Assembly: GCA_964509485.1 (NCBI GenBank)
Contig: CAZDXW010000001.1
Location: 1 to 49,096 of the forward strand
Reading direction: 5' to 3'
DNA: 49,096 nucleotides
DNA from: an uncultured Christensenella sp.
Lineage (GTDB): Bacteria; Bacillota; Clostridia; Christensenellales; CAG-138
Shown here: positions 1 through 10,055 of the stretch, piece after piece
How the letters are laid out: every line of letters begins with the position of its first letter
How positions within the stretch are numbered: position 1 is the first letter of the stretch
Made by a program: the position numbers and the translations under genes
The notes under the pieces: model-generated
The model's input: only the letters and a program-made list of their open reading frames with translations
What the model was told of the DNA's origin: nothing
The model's database searches: none

Positions 1-104
1 CTGTGGGCGATTTCGACTTCCGTAATGCCGATGTCGCGCCATGCAATGGAATCCCATACCGTCTCTACGGTCGGGACGTCGTCATCGACAATCAAAAGTC
101 GCAT
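1..104 (-). CDS. Response regulator, N-terminal receiver fragment (gene continues beyond window start)
   Basis: A minus-strand ATG at 104-102 is preceded by AAAGGAGG (113-120). The translation MRLLIVDDDVPTVETVWDS... is a typical receiver-domain start. The fragment lies immediately downstream of the YesM-type kinase. Confidence 0.6.
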   Translation of the reverse strand, partial: MRLLIVDDDVPTVETVWDSIAWRDIGITEVEIAH

Positions 105-138
105 CTGCCGCACCTCCTTTATAGAATCATAGTGGTTG

Positions 139-1857
139 TTATAACTCCGCGGGTTCGCCTTCCTCCGTAAACTCGTGCACCGGTTCCGCCGGCACCCAGA
201 TGCGGTTGAGACAGCCATGGGGCTCAATGTTCTTGAGCTCCAGCAGGTCGTCGCGCTCATACATCAGCGACATCATGCGCTTGACGCTCCAGAGCCCCAC
301 GCGGGAACCGTCCTCGGTGTGCGGTCTGCCGTGTCCGTTCATATAGCGCAGTACATCCCGCGGATACCCTTTGCCGTCATCCTCAATCTCGATGAGCAGC
401 ATCTCCTGCCCGCTCCGCTCGCTCAGGCTTACTTTGATGATCACCGTAAGCACGGTATCGACCGAGATCGCGTATTTAAACTCGTTTTCCACAAACGTCT
501 GAATCAACATCTGCGGAATGCGCCAGCCTTCCAGTTCGGCGGGCAGGTCGATGAAATAAAACGCGCAGTTGGGGTATTTGAACGCCTGCATATCGAAATA
601 GTTTTCAATATGGCGAATCTCCTCTTTGACCGTAACCGTGTGCAGGCCAGACTTAAACATATAGCGGATGTTCTTGCTCAACGCTTCCACATAGCCCTTG
701 ATTTGCTGGCCGCGACCCTGGCTGTTCATGCTGGAGAGCGTACTGATGGCGTTGAGAAAGAAATGCGGCTTGATCTGCAGGCGAATGCTGCGCAGCTCCA
801 TATCCTTGAGTGAAATGATCTTCTCATAGCTCTGGATCTTCAGGTTGACGATTTCGTCCATGAGCTTGTTGAAGGTCTCTTTCAAATGCGAAAACTCGCT
901 GGTCTCAAACTCGCCTTCAATACGAAGATCATATTCTCCCTTGTCGATGCGCTCCATGCCGCCGGTGATCACCTTCATCGGGTGAATCATTTGTTTGGTC
1001 ACGTAGCGAATCATCAAGAAACCGAAGAAAATCGTAAACACGATGGTCGCGAGCGCCACCGCCGTACTGCTGCGCACCTGCCGCCAGACGGAGAGGTTTT
1101 GCACCACCGAATGCAGATAAAGCTGGTTCGGATATATGGAATAGCTGACCACCAGTGTTCTGGGCGAGGAGACGATGCTCATCTCCTGCCCCGGCTCCAG
1201 CACCGGCAGCGGTTCGCCCGTCGCGTCCGCGACGATGTTTTTTGCGTCCGTGAGCACAAACGTCTGATCGCCGTAGTCGCCAGGCGGAATGGTCGCGAGC
1301 ACGTCATCCGTACTGGTGAACGCGCTGACCGCGCGGCCGTTATAAATATAGCTCCGGGTCAGAAACGTTTGGTTATTGAGCGTGAGAAACGTCCAGCCGG
1401 TCGGCGTCTCCTTCCCGTGCGCGCTGGCAAGGGTATATTCCCGCATCGCGTCGCGATCCCAGTAATTCAACGACGTAGCGGCGGCGTCCACACAGATGTC
1501 GAACCGCTCGTCCGCGACCACAATCGCGCCAACGGTGTCGTCGCTGCGCAATAGGTCCGCAATATAGCTCTTGATGTTCAACGCCGCGTAGACGCGCTTG
1601 GATTCCTCCGCCCCGCGGATGATCTGCAACTCCGAATAGTTCTGCACCAGCAGGTTTTGCAGAATGCGATCCATCTGCTGCACGCGGCTCTTAAGTTCGC
1701 CGCCATACACCTGCAGGAAATTTTCCGCGCTCTGTTCGATTTCGGTGCGCAAAATAGAATAAGACGACGCAGCGTAAACCACCAGCACCACGGTCAGCAG
1801 CATCACCAGCGCAGCCAGATAAAGTATGATTTGTCGGACGAATGCACGCTTTTTCAC
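139..1857 (-). CDS. Sensor histidine kinase, YesM/LytS-type (TM - extracellular domain - TM - HAMP - His_kinase - HATPase)
   Basis: 572-aa ORF with two TM segments. It carries the His_kinase box 'QIKPHFFLNAISTL' and C-terminal HATPase motifs (IEDDGKGYP, GLWSV). Confidence 0.85.
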   Translation of the reverse strand: MKKRAFVRQIILYLAALVMLLTVVLVVYAASSYSILRTEIEQSAENFLQVYGGELKSRVQQMDRILQNLLVQNYSELQIIRGAEESKRVYAALNIKSYIADLLRSDDTVGAIVVADERFDICVDAAATSLNYWDRDAMREYTLASAHGKETPTGWTFLTLNNQTFLTRSYIYNGRAVSAFTSTDDVLATIPPGDYGDQTFVLTDAKNIVADATGEPLPVLEPGQEMSIVSSPRTLVVSYSIYPNQLYLHSVVQNLSVWRQVRSSTAVALATIVFTIFFGFLMIRYVTKQMIHPMKVITGGMERIDKGEYDLRIEGEFETSEFSHLKETFNKLMDEIVNLKIQSYEKIISLKDMELRSIRLQIKPHFFLNAISTLSSMNSQGRGQQIKGYVEALSKNIRYMFKSGLHTVTVKEEIRHIENYFDMQAFKYPNCAFYFIDLPAELEGWRIPQMLIQTFVENEFKYAISVDTVLTVIIKVSLSERSGQEMLLIEIEDDGKGYPRDVLRYMNGHGRPHTEDGSRVGLWSVKRMMSLMYERDDLLELKNIEPHGCLNRIWVPAEPVHEFTEEGEPAEL

Positions 1858-2032
1858 GAAACAGCCTCCCCGTGATCGGATCGGATCGGCAAACAGAATG
1901 GGAAATTCAATCTAACATTAGAATAGCGCTTGAGACGGAGAAACACAATTTTACGCGATCATGATATCCCGTTTTGAAAACAGATTCACTTGTTTTCAAC
2001 AAACCAGCACCGGCTTTCGACTTCCTTGGCAT

Positions 2033-2680
2033 TCATTCCAGCTCGGCATAATGCGCAAAAACCTTTAAAAACAGCCCGCTGCCAAGATACGCCGGCAGCG
2101 AGATGCCGAGAAAGAACCATGCAAGTAAAATTGTCTGCGCCTGATAAGGGAATAGAAACATGCAAAACACCCATGCCGTTTGCATCACGAGCATCAGCAG
2201 CGTGACCGGGAAGTGACGAATGCTCATATAGAACGCGTTGACAATGGTCTTCTTCACGGTGTTTTCAAACTTAGCAAACAGCGGGAAGACAAACGTCATC
2301 GGAAAAAAGAACAGCGCGCCGATGGCGGCGACGGCGATCCATGCCCATGCGCGCTCCGCCGCGAGTTGCGGATAGAGCAGATAGAGATACGCGCCGTACG
2401 CGGCAAGCGTAACGAACGCGAGCAGCCCCAGCTGCAGCGCCGGGCGGAACTCCGCGCGGAACGTCTGCCAGAAGCCAATCACCGTGCGCCCTTTCTGCTG
2501 TCGGATATCGAAGAGTGTCTTGTAAAGCGCGGTCATTGCGGCGCCCGCCGTCACAATTGGAATACACAGCACCAGCGTCATGAGATTCAGCACGAGGATA
2601 TCAAACACGCGCTCCAGAAAGCGCATGATCGGGGAATTGTAGGAAAGAAGATTCAAACAGAATTCCACCTTTTCAATCAA
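2033..2680 (-). CDS. DUF624 (YesL-family) integral membrane protein
   Basis: 215-aa polytopic protein. Its N-terminus 'SYNSPIMRFLERVFDILVLNLMTLVLCIPIVTAGAA' matches the YesL/DUF624 signature, and it sits next to a YesM/YesN-type pair. Confidence 0.7.
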   Translation of the reverse strand: MIEKVEFCLNLLSYNSPIMRFLERVFDILVLNLMTLVLCIPIVTAGAAMTALYKTLFDIRQQKGRTVIGFWQTFRAEFRPALQLGLLAFVTLAAYGAYLYLLYPQLAAERAWAWIAVAAIGALFFFPMTFVFPLFAKFENTVKKTIVNAFYMSIRHFPVTLLMLVMQTAWVFCMFLFPYQAQTILLAWFFLGISLPAYLGSGLFLKVFAHYAELE

Positions 2681-3053
2681 ATTCCAATCGGCAAACGCTG
2701 CTTGCCAGACGTTACATCCACAAACAGCGCTTTCCTGCCTCCAATATAACTGCCTTTTGCAAAACCGTCAACTCGCACGCCGCGGTACCAGGTTGCTGGC
2801 GATCGGCTTCCGACACGGCCTGCGCGTATGGATCTACCCCCGTTATATGGTTCAGGAACAATGCTCGGAAATGAATCGTTCTCAGCAACAATTGGGATCA
2901 CGGTTTGAGGGACGGCGACCGCCCGCCAAGGCTCGAATGCAGCCTGGCCAGATTGGAGTAGCGCCCCCTCCTCGCTGCTTCAACACTTGTGTCTCATTCG
3001 ATTCTTCTGCGTATTCGCACAATTGCCAACGAAAAAAAGAGAAAGAAAAGGTC

Positions 3054-3081
3054 TTGACATTGGAGATTGTCGTTGTATATT
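3054..3081 (+). promoter_or_regulatory. Sigma-A-type promoter of the trp operon
   Basis: TTGACA (3054-3059), a 16-nt spacer, then TATATT (3076-3081), just upstream of the T-box leader. Confidence 0.45.
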
Positions 3082-3094
3082 ATATATAATCAAA

Positions 3095-3368
3095 ACCGAT
3101 GACGCGGAGATAACGGTGATTATGCTCCTACAGAGAGCCTGCGGCGCTGAGAGACAGGCGGAACACAAATCATCAAATGGACCGCTGAGGGTGCAGTCAA
3201 AGGGTTTATACCTGAGTATTCTGCAACGTATGGGCATACGTCAGTTGCCGGGGATATGATGGTATCCCGATAAGCGTACGGGTTCCCCGTAAATCAAGGT
3301 GGCACCGCGGATAAGAGATTATTCGTCCTTGACAGAACCGAAAGGTTTTGTCAGGGACGTTTTTTATT
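3095..3368 (+). promoter_or_regulatory. T-box riboswitch leader, tryptophan-specific
   Basis: AGAGAG box (about 3131) and a GCTGAGAGA distal motif are present. The specifier-loop candidate is 'AAA-UGG-A', with UGG at 3178-3180. The conserved T-box sequence is 'AATCAAGGTGGCACCGCG' (3292-3309). Its UGGC bulge would pair with the GCCA-3' end of tRNA-Trp. A terminator follows. Confidence 0.85.
3324..3367 (+). terminator. Intrinsic terminator of the T-box expression platform
   Basis: The stem CGTCCTTGACAGAACC / GGTTTTGTCAGGGACG is followed by TTTTTT. It competes with the T-box antiterminator. Confidence 0.75.
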
Positions 3369-3389
3369 GGAACGAAAGAAGGGCACGAT

Positions 3390-4853
3390 ATGCAAAAACC
3401 AACGTTGGAAGAACTGAAACGAATCGCGGCCGAGGGGTTCTATCAGACCGTACCGGTGTGTCAGGAGATCCTTTCGGACATCCGCACGCCGATTGAGGTG
3501 CTGCGCATCCTCAAAAGTGTGTCCACGCACTGCTTTCTGCTCGAATCCGTCGCGGATCATGAAAAGTGGGGGCGTTACACGTTTCTCGGTTACGACCCGA
3601 AGCTGGAGATCACCTGCCAAAACGGGCGGATGAAGATCGGCTCGGTCTCTTTTGAAACGACCGAACCTGGCAAATATATCCAGCAAATCATCGACGAACA
3701 CAAAAGCGCCAGCATGCCGGGGCTGCCGCCGTTCACCGGTGGGCTTGTCGGTTATTTTTCCTATGATTATCTAAAGTATTCCGAGCCGACGCTCCGCCTC
3801 GACGCTGCGGACACGGAGGGCTTCCACGACGTAGACCTGATGCTCTTTGACAAAGTAATCGCGTTTGACAACTTCCGTCAAAAGATCGTGCTCTGCGTCA
3901 ATATTTCGCTTCAAAACCTTGAAACGGAATATAATCGCGCGTTGCTGGAACTTCAGCAGATAGCCGCGCTGCTCAGAAGCGGAAAGCCCGCGGCGGCAAC
4001 CCCCGGCAGGTTGCTCTCGGAATTTCGTCCGCTGTTTGAAAAAGACACGTTCTGCAATATGGTCGAACGCGCGAAATACCACATCCGGGAGGGTGACATC
4101 TTCCAGATCGTGCTGTCAAACCGCCTTGAGGCAGCCTATGAGGGTTCGCTGCTCAACGCTTACCGCGTGCTGCGCACGATAAACCCCTCTCCCTATATGT
4201 TCTATTTTTCCAGCAGCGATATGGAGGTCGCCGGCGCATCCCCGGAGACGCTGGTCAAGCTGGAGGATGGCGTGTTGCATACCTTCCCGCTCGCGGGAAC
4301 CCGCCCGCGCGGCAGAACAGAGGAGGAGGACCTGGCGCTGGAGAAGGAGCTGCTTGCCGACCCGAAGGAGCTCGCCGAGCACAACATGCTGGTCGACCTC
4401 GGCCGAAACGACATCGGTAAAATCAGCCGTTTCGGTAGTGTAAAGGTAGAAAAATACCTTTCCATCGAGCGTTTTTCGCACGTGATGCACATCGGTTCGA
4501 CGGTGAGCGGCGAGATTGCCGAGCGGAAGACCGCGCTGGACGCCGTCGACGCGATCCTGCCCGCGGGCACGCTCTCCGGCGCGCCGAAAATCCGCGCTTG
4601 CCAGCTGATCAACGACCTGGAGAACAACAAGCGGGGCATCTATGGCGGCGCGATCGGGTATCTCGACTTTTCCGGAAACCTCGACACCTGTATCGCCATC
4701 CGCATCGCGTACAAGAAAAACGGTAAGGTATTTGTCCGCAGCGGCGCCGGTATTGTGGCCGATTCCGTACCGGAAAGCGAGCACCAGGAGTGCCTGAACA
4801 AAGCCGCCGCCATGATAAAGGCGATTCGGTTGGCAGAGGAGGAAACGTTATGA
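3390..4853 (+). CDS. trpE: Anthranilate synthase component I
   Basis: Chorismate-binding enzyme motifs are present (GDIFQIVLS, LSGAPK, GGAIGY, GAGIVADS). The start is taken at ATG 3390 (MQKPTLEEL), after a GAAAGAAGGG RBS and downstream of the leader terminator. The ORF-track start at 3348 lies inside that terminator. Confidence 0.93.
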   Translation: MQKPTLEELKRIAAEGFYQTVPVCQEILSDIRTPIEVLRILKSVSTHCFLLESVADHEKWGRYTFLGYDPKLEITCQNGRMKIGSVSFETTEPGKYIQQIIDEHKSASMPGLPPFTGGLVGYFSYDYLKYSEPTLRLDAADTEGFHDVDLMLFDKVIAFDNFRQKIVLCVNISLQNLETEYNRALLELQQIAALLRSGKPAAATPGRLLSEFRPLFEKDTFCNMVERAKYHIREGDIFQIVLSNRLEAAYEGSLLNAYRVLRTINPSPYMFYFSSSDMEVAGASPETLVKLEDGVLHTFPLAGTRPRGRTEEEDLALEKELLADPKELAEHNMLVDLGRNDIGKISRFGSVKVEKYLSIERFSHVMHIGSTVSGEIAERKTALDAVDAILPAGTLSGAPKIRACQLINDLENNKRGIYGGAIGYLDFSGNLDTCIAIRIAYKKNGKVFVRSGAGIVADSVPESEHQECLNKAAAMIKAIRLAEEETL

Positions 4854-5434
4854 TCCTATTGATCGACAACTACGACAGTTTCTCCTACAACCTCTATCAA
4901 CTCGTCGGCTCAATCGAGCCGGATATCCGCGTCGTACGCAACGACGTGATGAAGCCGGAGCAAATGCTGGCACTCTCCCCCAGCGGCATCATTATTTCGC
5001 CCGGTCCGGGCAGACCGGAGGACGCGGGCTACTGCATTGAGGCGATCAAACAACTCGGCGGCACCATCCCCATCCTCGGCGTGTGCCTTGGGCATCAGGC
5101 CATCTGCGCTGCGTACGGCGCAACCGTATCGTATGCAAAGCAGCTGATGCACGGTAAGCAATCCCAAACGGTGCTGGACACGGACTGCCCGTTGTTTGCG
5201 GGATGCCCGGAGACGGTTTCAGTCGGGCGGTATCACTCCCTCGCGGCTCTGGAGGACACGATACCGGACTTCCTATCGGTCACCGCGCGCACGCAGGACG
5301 GCGAGGTAATGGCCGTTAAGCACCTGCGTTACCATGTCTACGGGCTGCAGTTTCATCCCGAGTCAATCCTCACGCCGCAGGGGCCGAACATGGTGCAAAA
5401 CTTTATCCGCATAACAAAGGAGGCAAAAAAATGA
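4850..5434 (+). CDS. trpG: Anthranilate synthase component II (class I glutamine amidotransferase)
   Basis: [15 protein letters not shown] start, catalytic Cys in GVCLGHQ, and His/Glu in FHPES. An ATGA overlap joins it to the trpE stop. Confidence 0.92.
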   Translation: MILLIDNYDSFSYNLYQLVGSIEPDIRVVRNDVMKPEQMLALSPSGIIISPGPGRPEDAGYCIEAIKQLGGTIPILGVCLGHQAICAAYGATVSYAKQLMHGKQSQTVLDTDCPLFAGCPETVSVGRYHSLAALEDTIPDFLSVTARTQDGEVMAVKHLRYHVYGLQFHPESILTPQGPNMVQNFIRITKEAKK

Positions 5435-6450
5435 TCCGAGAAGCGATTGTAAAAATTGTAGACAAGCAGGATCTTTCCTACGACGAGGCATACGCCGTCA
5501 TCAACGAGATCATGGGCGGCGAAACGAGCGCGACGCAGAACGCCGCGTTTCTTGCCGCCCTCTCGACCAAAAGCACCAAGTCGGAGACTATAGACGAAAT
5601 TTCCGGCTGCGCGGCGGCGATGCGCGCCCACGCGCTGAAAGTGCCGCATGATCTGCAGGTGATGGACATCGTCGGCACGGGCGGCGACGGCGCGCACACG
5701 TTCAACATCTCCACAACCGCGGCGCTGATTGCGGCGGCAGGCGGCATCAAGGTCGCCAAGCACGGCAACCGCGCGGCGTCCTCTAAATGCGGCACGGCGG
5801 ATTGCCTGGAAGCACTGGGTGTAAAGATCGACCAGTCGCCGGAGCTTTGCGTTTCGCTCTTAAAGAACGTCGGCATCTGCTTTTTCTTCGCGCAGAAATA
5901 CCACACCTCCATGAAGCACGTCGGCCCGATTCGAAAAGAGCTCGGCATCCGAACGGTCTTTAATATCCTCGGCCCCCTGACGAACCCCGCTTCCCCGCAG
6001 CTGCAGCTGCTCGGCGTCTACAGCGAGTCTCTGGTTGAGCCGCTGGCCCGCGTGCTCAACAGCCTCGGTGTGCAGCGCGGCATGGTGGTTTATGGGCAGG
6101 ACAAGATGGACGAGTTCTCGCTCAGCGCGCCGACTATGGTCTGCGAGTTTGAGAATGGCGAATACCGCTCCTATACGATTACGCCGGAGGATGTTGGACT
6201 GACGCGCTGCGAAAAAAGCGACCTCGCCGGCGGCACGCCGGAGGAGAACGCCGCCATCACGCGCGCGATACTGGGCGGATCGGATCGCGGGCCGAAGCGT
6301 GACGCGGTGCTGCTCAACGCGGGCGCGGCGCTCTATATCGGCGGTAAAGCGGATTCCCTGCAGGACGGTGTGTTGCTTGCAGCAAGCCTGATCGACTCCG
6401 GTGCGGCGCGAAACAAGCTCGAAGAATTCCGCGCCGCGTCGCAGGCGTAA
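5431..6450 (+). CDS. trpD: Anthranilate phosphoribosyltransferase
   Basis: [15 protein letters not shown] and KHGNRA motifs. ATGA overlap with trpG. Confidence 0.93.
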   Translation: MIREAIVKIVDKQDLSYDEAYAVINEIMGGETSATQNAAFLAALSTKSTKSETIDEISGCAAAMRAHALKVPHDLQVMDIVGTGGDGAHTFNISTTAALIAAAGGIKVAKHGNRAASSKCGTADCLEALGVKIDQSPELCVSLLKNVGICFFFAQKYHTSMKHVGPIRKELGIRTVFNILGPLTNPASPQLQLLGVYSESLVEPLARVLNSLGVQRGMVVYGQDKMDEFSLSAPTMVCEFENGEYRSYTITPEDVGLTRCEKSDLAGGTPEENAAITRAILGGSDRGPKRDAVLLNAGAALYIGGKADSLQDGVLLAASLIDSGAARNKLEEFRAASQA

Positions 6451-6455
6451 AGCGT

Positions 6456-7250
6456 ATGGCTACGATACTCGATCAGCTGGCGGCGTACGCGCGCGAGCGC
6501 GTATGGGCGGACAAAGATCGAATTCCGCTGGATGAGCTGAAGCGGCTTATATCCGCGGGCGATATCCCGCTGCGTGAGCCGTTTGCCTTTGAGACGGCGC
6601 TGAGAAAAACCGGTTTCTCCTTTATCTGCGAGGTTAAAAAAGCGTCTCCCTCGAAAGGTGTGATTTCGGAGTCGTTTCCCTATCTGGACATCGCGCGCGA
6701 ATACGAGGCGGCAGGCGCGGACTGCATCTCTTGTCTCACCGAGCCGAAGTGGTTTCTCGGCAGCAACGCAATCTTCACAGAAATTCGCGATGCAGTGTCC
6801 GTCCCCATGCTGCGCAAGGATTTTACCGTCGACGAGTACCAGATCTATCAGGCAAAGTGTATGGGCGCAGACGCAGTGCTGCTCATCTGTGCCATTCTGG
6901 ATGTGGAAACGATCCGTCGATATATCCTTCTATGCGACAGCCTTGGCATGTCCGCACTGGTAGAGGCACACGACGGGGATGAATTGCGTGCCGCGCTGGA
7001 CGCGGGCGCGCGCATCATCGGCGTGAACAACCGAAATCTGAAAGACTTTTCCGTCGACACGCTCAACAGCAGGCGGCTCCGTGCGCTCACGCCCGAGGGC
7101 GTCCTGTTCGTTTCGGAGAGCGGAGTATGTTCGGCGGAGGATGTGCGAGCGGTTGCACAAAGCGGAGCGAATGCAGTGCTGATCGGCGAAGCGCTCATGC
7201 GCGCGCCTGACATAAAAGCGATGCTGGAGAGCTTTCGGAGCGTGTTATGA
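6456..7250 (+). CDS. trpC: Indole-3-glycerol-phosphate synthase
   Basis: FICEVKKASPSKG, LTEPKWF and IGVNNRNL motifs. Confidence 0.93.
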   Translation: MATILDQLAAYARERVWADKDRIPLDELKRLISAGDIPLREPFAFETALRKTGFSFICEVKKASPSKGVISESFPYLDIAREYEAAGADCISCLTEPKWFLGSNAIFTEIRDAVSVPMLRKDFTVDEYQIYQAKCMGADAVLLICAILDVETIRRYILLCDSLGMSALVEAHDGDELRAALDAGARIIGVNNRNLKDFSVDTLNSRRLRALTPEGVLFVSESGVCSAEDVRAVAQSGANAVLIGEALMRAPDIKAMLESFRSVL

Positions 7251-7852
7251 CAAAGATAAAGGTATGCGGACTCCGGCGGGCGGAGGACATTGCGTTTGCC
7301 AATGAACTCCAGCCGGATTATATCGGGTTTGTGTTTGCCAAGGCGAGCAAACGGTATGTGTCTGCGGAGCAGGCGGCCGAATTACGGCGCGCGCTCTCGC
7401 GGGAGATCAAAGCGGTCGGTGTATTCGTCGACGAGCCCATAGAACATATTCTCGCGCTACTGAACAGCGGCGTGATCGACGCGGCGCAGCTGCACGGCGG
7501 CGAAAGCATGGAAGACGTTCTGTCGCTCAAGCAGCGGACGGATCGCAAGGTGATTCAGGCGTTTCGCGTGGAGTCACGGCAGGATGTCGCGCGGGCGGCG
7601 GAGTCTCCGGCGGACTTTATCCTGCTCGACCACGGCGGCGGCGGAACCGGGGAAACGTTCGACTGGTCGCTGATTGAGCACATCGACAGGCCGTTTTTTC
7701 TCGCGGGCGGTTTGTCGGCGGAAAACGTCGGCGCGGCGGTTCTTCGCTGCCGTCCGTTCGCGGTAGACTCCAGCTCCAAGCTGGAGACAGACGGCATCAA
7801 GGACTACGAAAAAATGAAAGCGTTTGTCGAAGCGGTACGGCAGAAAGGCTGA
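7247..7852 (+). CDS. trpF: Phosphoribosylanthranilate isomerase
   Basis: KVCGL N-terminus, QLHG and LAGGL motifs. ATGA overlap with trpC. Confidence 0.9.
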   Translation: MTKIKVCGLRRAEDIAFANELQPDYIGFVFAKASKRYVSAEQAAELRRALSREIKAVGVFVDEPIEHILALLNSGVIDAAQLHGGESMEDVLSLKQRTDRKVIQAFRVESRQDVARAAESPADFILLDHGGGGTGETFDWSLIEHIDRPFFLAGGLSAENVGAAVLRCRPFAVDSSSKLETDGIKDYEKMKAFVEAVRQKG

Positions 7853-7863
7853 ATGGAAAGTAT

Positions 7864-9054
7864 ATGGAACAGAAAAATGGTCGATTCGGCATTTACGGCG
7901 GGCAATACATCCCCGAGACGCTGATGAACGCGGTCATCGAGCTGGATGAAGCGTACCGGCATTATAAAAACGACCCCGCATTTCAAGGCGAGCTGAAAGA
8001 ACTGCTCAACGAGTACGCGGGGCGGCCCAGCAGGCTCTATCGCGCCGATCATATGACGCGCGATCTGGGCGGCGCAAGAATTTATCTCAAGCGTGAAGAC
8101 CTTAACCACACAGGCGCACATAAGATCAACAACGTGCTTGGTCAGGCGCTGCTGGCAAAAAGGATGGGCAAGACGCGCCTGATCGCCGAAACAGGCGCGG
8201 GGCAGCACGGCGTCGCGACCGCGACGGCAGCTGCGCTGATGGGGTTGGAGTGCGTCGTCTACATGGGTCGGGAGGACACCGTCCGCCAAGCGCTGAACGT
8301 ATACCGCATGCGCCTGTTAGGCGCGGAGGTGATCCCGGTCGACAGCGGTACGGCGACGCTGAAGGACGCGGTGTCCGAGGCGATGCGCGAGTGGACCCGG
8401 CGCATCGACGACACGCATTACTGCCTCGGCTCCGTCATGGGGCCGCATCCGTTTCCGACCATTGTGCGCGATTTTCAGGCAGTGATCTCGAAGGAGATCA
8501 AAGCGCAGCTGATTGAAAAGGAAGGTCGGCTGCCCGACGCGGTAATTGCCTGCGTTGGCGGCGGCAGTAACGCCATCGGTGCGTTTTACCACTTCATCGG
8601 CGATGCGTCCGTCCGGCTGATCGGCTGCGAGGCTGCGGGGCGCGGCGTCGATACACCGGAAACGGCGGCGACGCTGACCGTAGGCCGAACGGGCATCTTT
8701 CACGGTATGAAGTCGATATTCTGTCAGGACGAGTTCGGGCAGATTGCGCCTGTCTACTCCATTTCGGCTGGGCTGGACTACCCCGGCATCGGGCCGGAGC
8801 ACGCGCACCTAAGGGATACGGGCCGCGCGGAATACGTGGCGGTCACGGATGAAGAGGCCGTCGCTGCGTTTGAGTATCTCAGCCGCACGGAGGGGATCAT
8901 TCCCGCCATCGAGTCCGCGCATGCGGTTTCATATGCCATGCGCCTCGCGCCGCAGATGGACCCGAATCAGATCATCGTCGTCTGCCTCTCCGGGCGCGGC
9001 GATAAGGACTGCGCGGCAATCGCGCGATACAGAGGAGAAACAATCCATGAGTAA
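7864..9054 (+). CDS. trpB: Tryptophan synthase beta chain
   Basis: GGQYIPE; HTGAHKINN, which contains the PLP lysine; and GGGSNAIG. Confidence 0.95.
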   Translation: MEQKNGRFGIYGGQYIPETLMNAVIELDEAYRHYKNDPAFQGELKELLNEYAGRPSRLYRADHMTRDLGGARIYLKREDLNHTGAHKINNVLGQALLAKRMGKTRLIAETGAGQHGVATATAAALMGLECVVYMGREDTVRQALNVYRMRLLGAEVIPVDSGTATLKDAVSEAMREWTRRIDDTHYCLGSVMGPHPFPTIVRDFQAVISKEIKAQLIEKEGRLPDAVIACVGGGSNAIGAFYHFIGDASVRLIGCEAAGRGVDTPETAATLTVGRTGIFHGMKSIFCQDEFGQIAPVYSISAGLDYPGIGPEHAHLRDTGRAEYVAVTDEEAVAAFEYLSRTEGIIPAIESAHAVSYAMRLAPQMDPNQIIVVCLSGRGDKDCAAIARYRGETIHE

Positions 9055-9826
9055 GATAAAAGAAGCGTTTCAGCACGGAAAAGCGTTCATTCCGTTCATC
9101 ACATGCGGCGACCCCGACTTGCTCACCACGGCAGCAATCATACGCGAGATGGCAAACGCAGGTGCGGATCTCATTGAACTCGGAATCCCTTTTTCCGACC
9201 CTACGGCGGAGGGCCCGGTCATCCAGGCGGCAAACGCCCGGGCGCTCTCCGGCGGCGTGACCACAGACCGAATCTTCGATATGGTTCTCAGGCTTCGGCA
9301 GGACGTTTCGGTGCCGCTGGTGTTTATGACCTATGCCAACGTCGTGTTTTCCTATGGTACGGATCGGTTCATGAAATCCGCCGCCGATGCCGGGATTGAC
9401 GGACTGATCCTTCCCGACGTCCCGTTTGAGGAAAAAGCGGACTTTACACCCGCAAGTAAATCGTATGGTATCGACTTCATCAGCCTGATCGCGCCGACCT
9501 CGCGTGAGCGAATTGCCATGATCGCAAAAGAAGCGGAAGGGTTCCTCTACTGCGTATCGTCGCTGGGCGTAACGGGCGAACGAGACAGTGTTACGACGGA
9601 CGTCGGCACGATGGTGCGCCAAGCGCGCGAAGCGAACCCGGAGATTCCTTGCGCGGTCGGTTTCGGCATTTCAACACCGGATCAGGCAAAAGAGATGGCG
9701 CGCTTTGCCGACGGCGTGATCGTCGGCTCCGCGATCGTGCGGCTAACCGAGCAATACAAGACGGACGCCGCGCCGGTGATCGGGCGGTATGTCCGTCAAA
9801 TGAAGGAAGCGATTTCAGGGGTTTGA
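9047..9826 (+). CDS. trpA: Tryptophan synthase alpha chain
   Basis: MSKIKEAF...[19 protein letters not shown] and GFGIS motifs. The start is at ATG 9047, overlapping the trpB end by 8 nt. The ORF-track start at 8849 is an out-of-frame upstream extension inside trpB. Confidence 0.92.
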   Translation: MSKIKEAFQHGKAFIPFITCGDPDLLTTAAIIREMANAGADLIELGIPFSDPTAEGPVIQAANARALSGGVTTDRIFDMVLRLRQDVSVPLVFMTYANVVFSYGTDRFMKSAADAGIDGLILPDVPFEEKADFTPASKSYGIDFISLIAPTSRERIAMIAKEAEGFLYCVSSLGVTGERDSVTTDVGTMVRQAREANPEIPCAVGFGISTPDQAKEMARFADGVIVGSAIVRLTEQYKTDAAPVIGRYVRQMKEAISGV

Positions 9827-9867
9827 TTGCTATTAGAAAACAGTCCAGTAAAAAAGTAAATAGCAGC

Positions 9868-9987
9868 AAGACCAGAAGCGAGAACGAGCGCCGGCAGATG
9901 GACTACAACGAGTTCCGTCCGCACAGCGCTGCTAAATGCCTCACATCAGCTGAATTTGCCCGAAAAGCGGACATTGGAGCCGAATAA
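9868..9987 (+). pseudogene. C-terminal remnant of an rve-type (IS3/IS481-like) transposase
   Basis: The translation '...RRQMDYNEFRPHSAAKCLTSAEFARKA*' carries the YNxxRPHSxL...xEF tail typical of DDE/rve transposases. Nothing upstream corresponds to the rest of the enzyme, because trpA ends at 9826. Confidence 0.45.
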
Positions 9988-10055
9988 ACATAGATTTTTC
10001 TCATTCAAATGGACTGCTCTTTGGTGGATATCTCAGTCGCTGAACCCCGTTTTTT

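Noticed and set aside
3348-3389. The upstream start (ATG 3348) given for trpE in the ORF track. The long starts for trpG (4790) and trpA (8849) are analogous.
   Set aside because: ATG 3348 lies within the T-box terminator hairpin. The trpG and trpA extensions run through the preceding cistrons. Internal ATGs with RBSs and typical N-termini (3390, 4850, 9047) fit the conserved protein starts.
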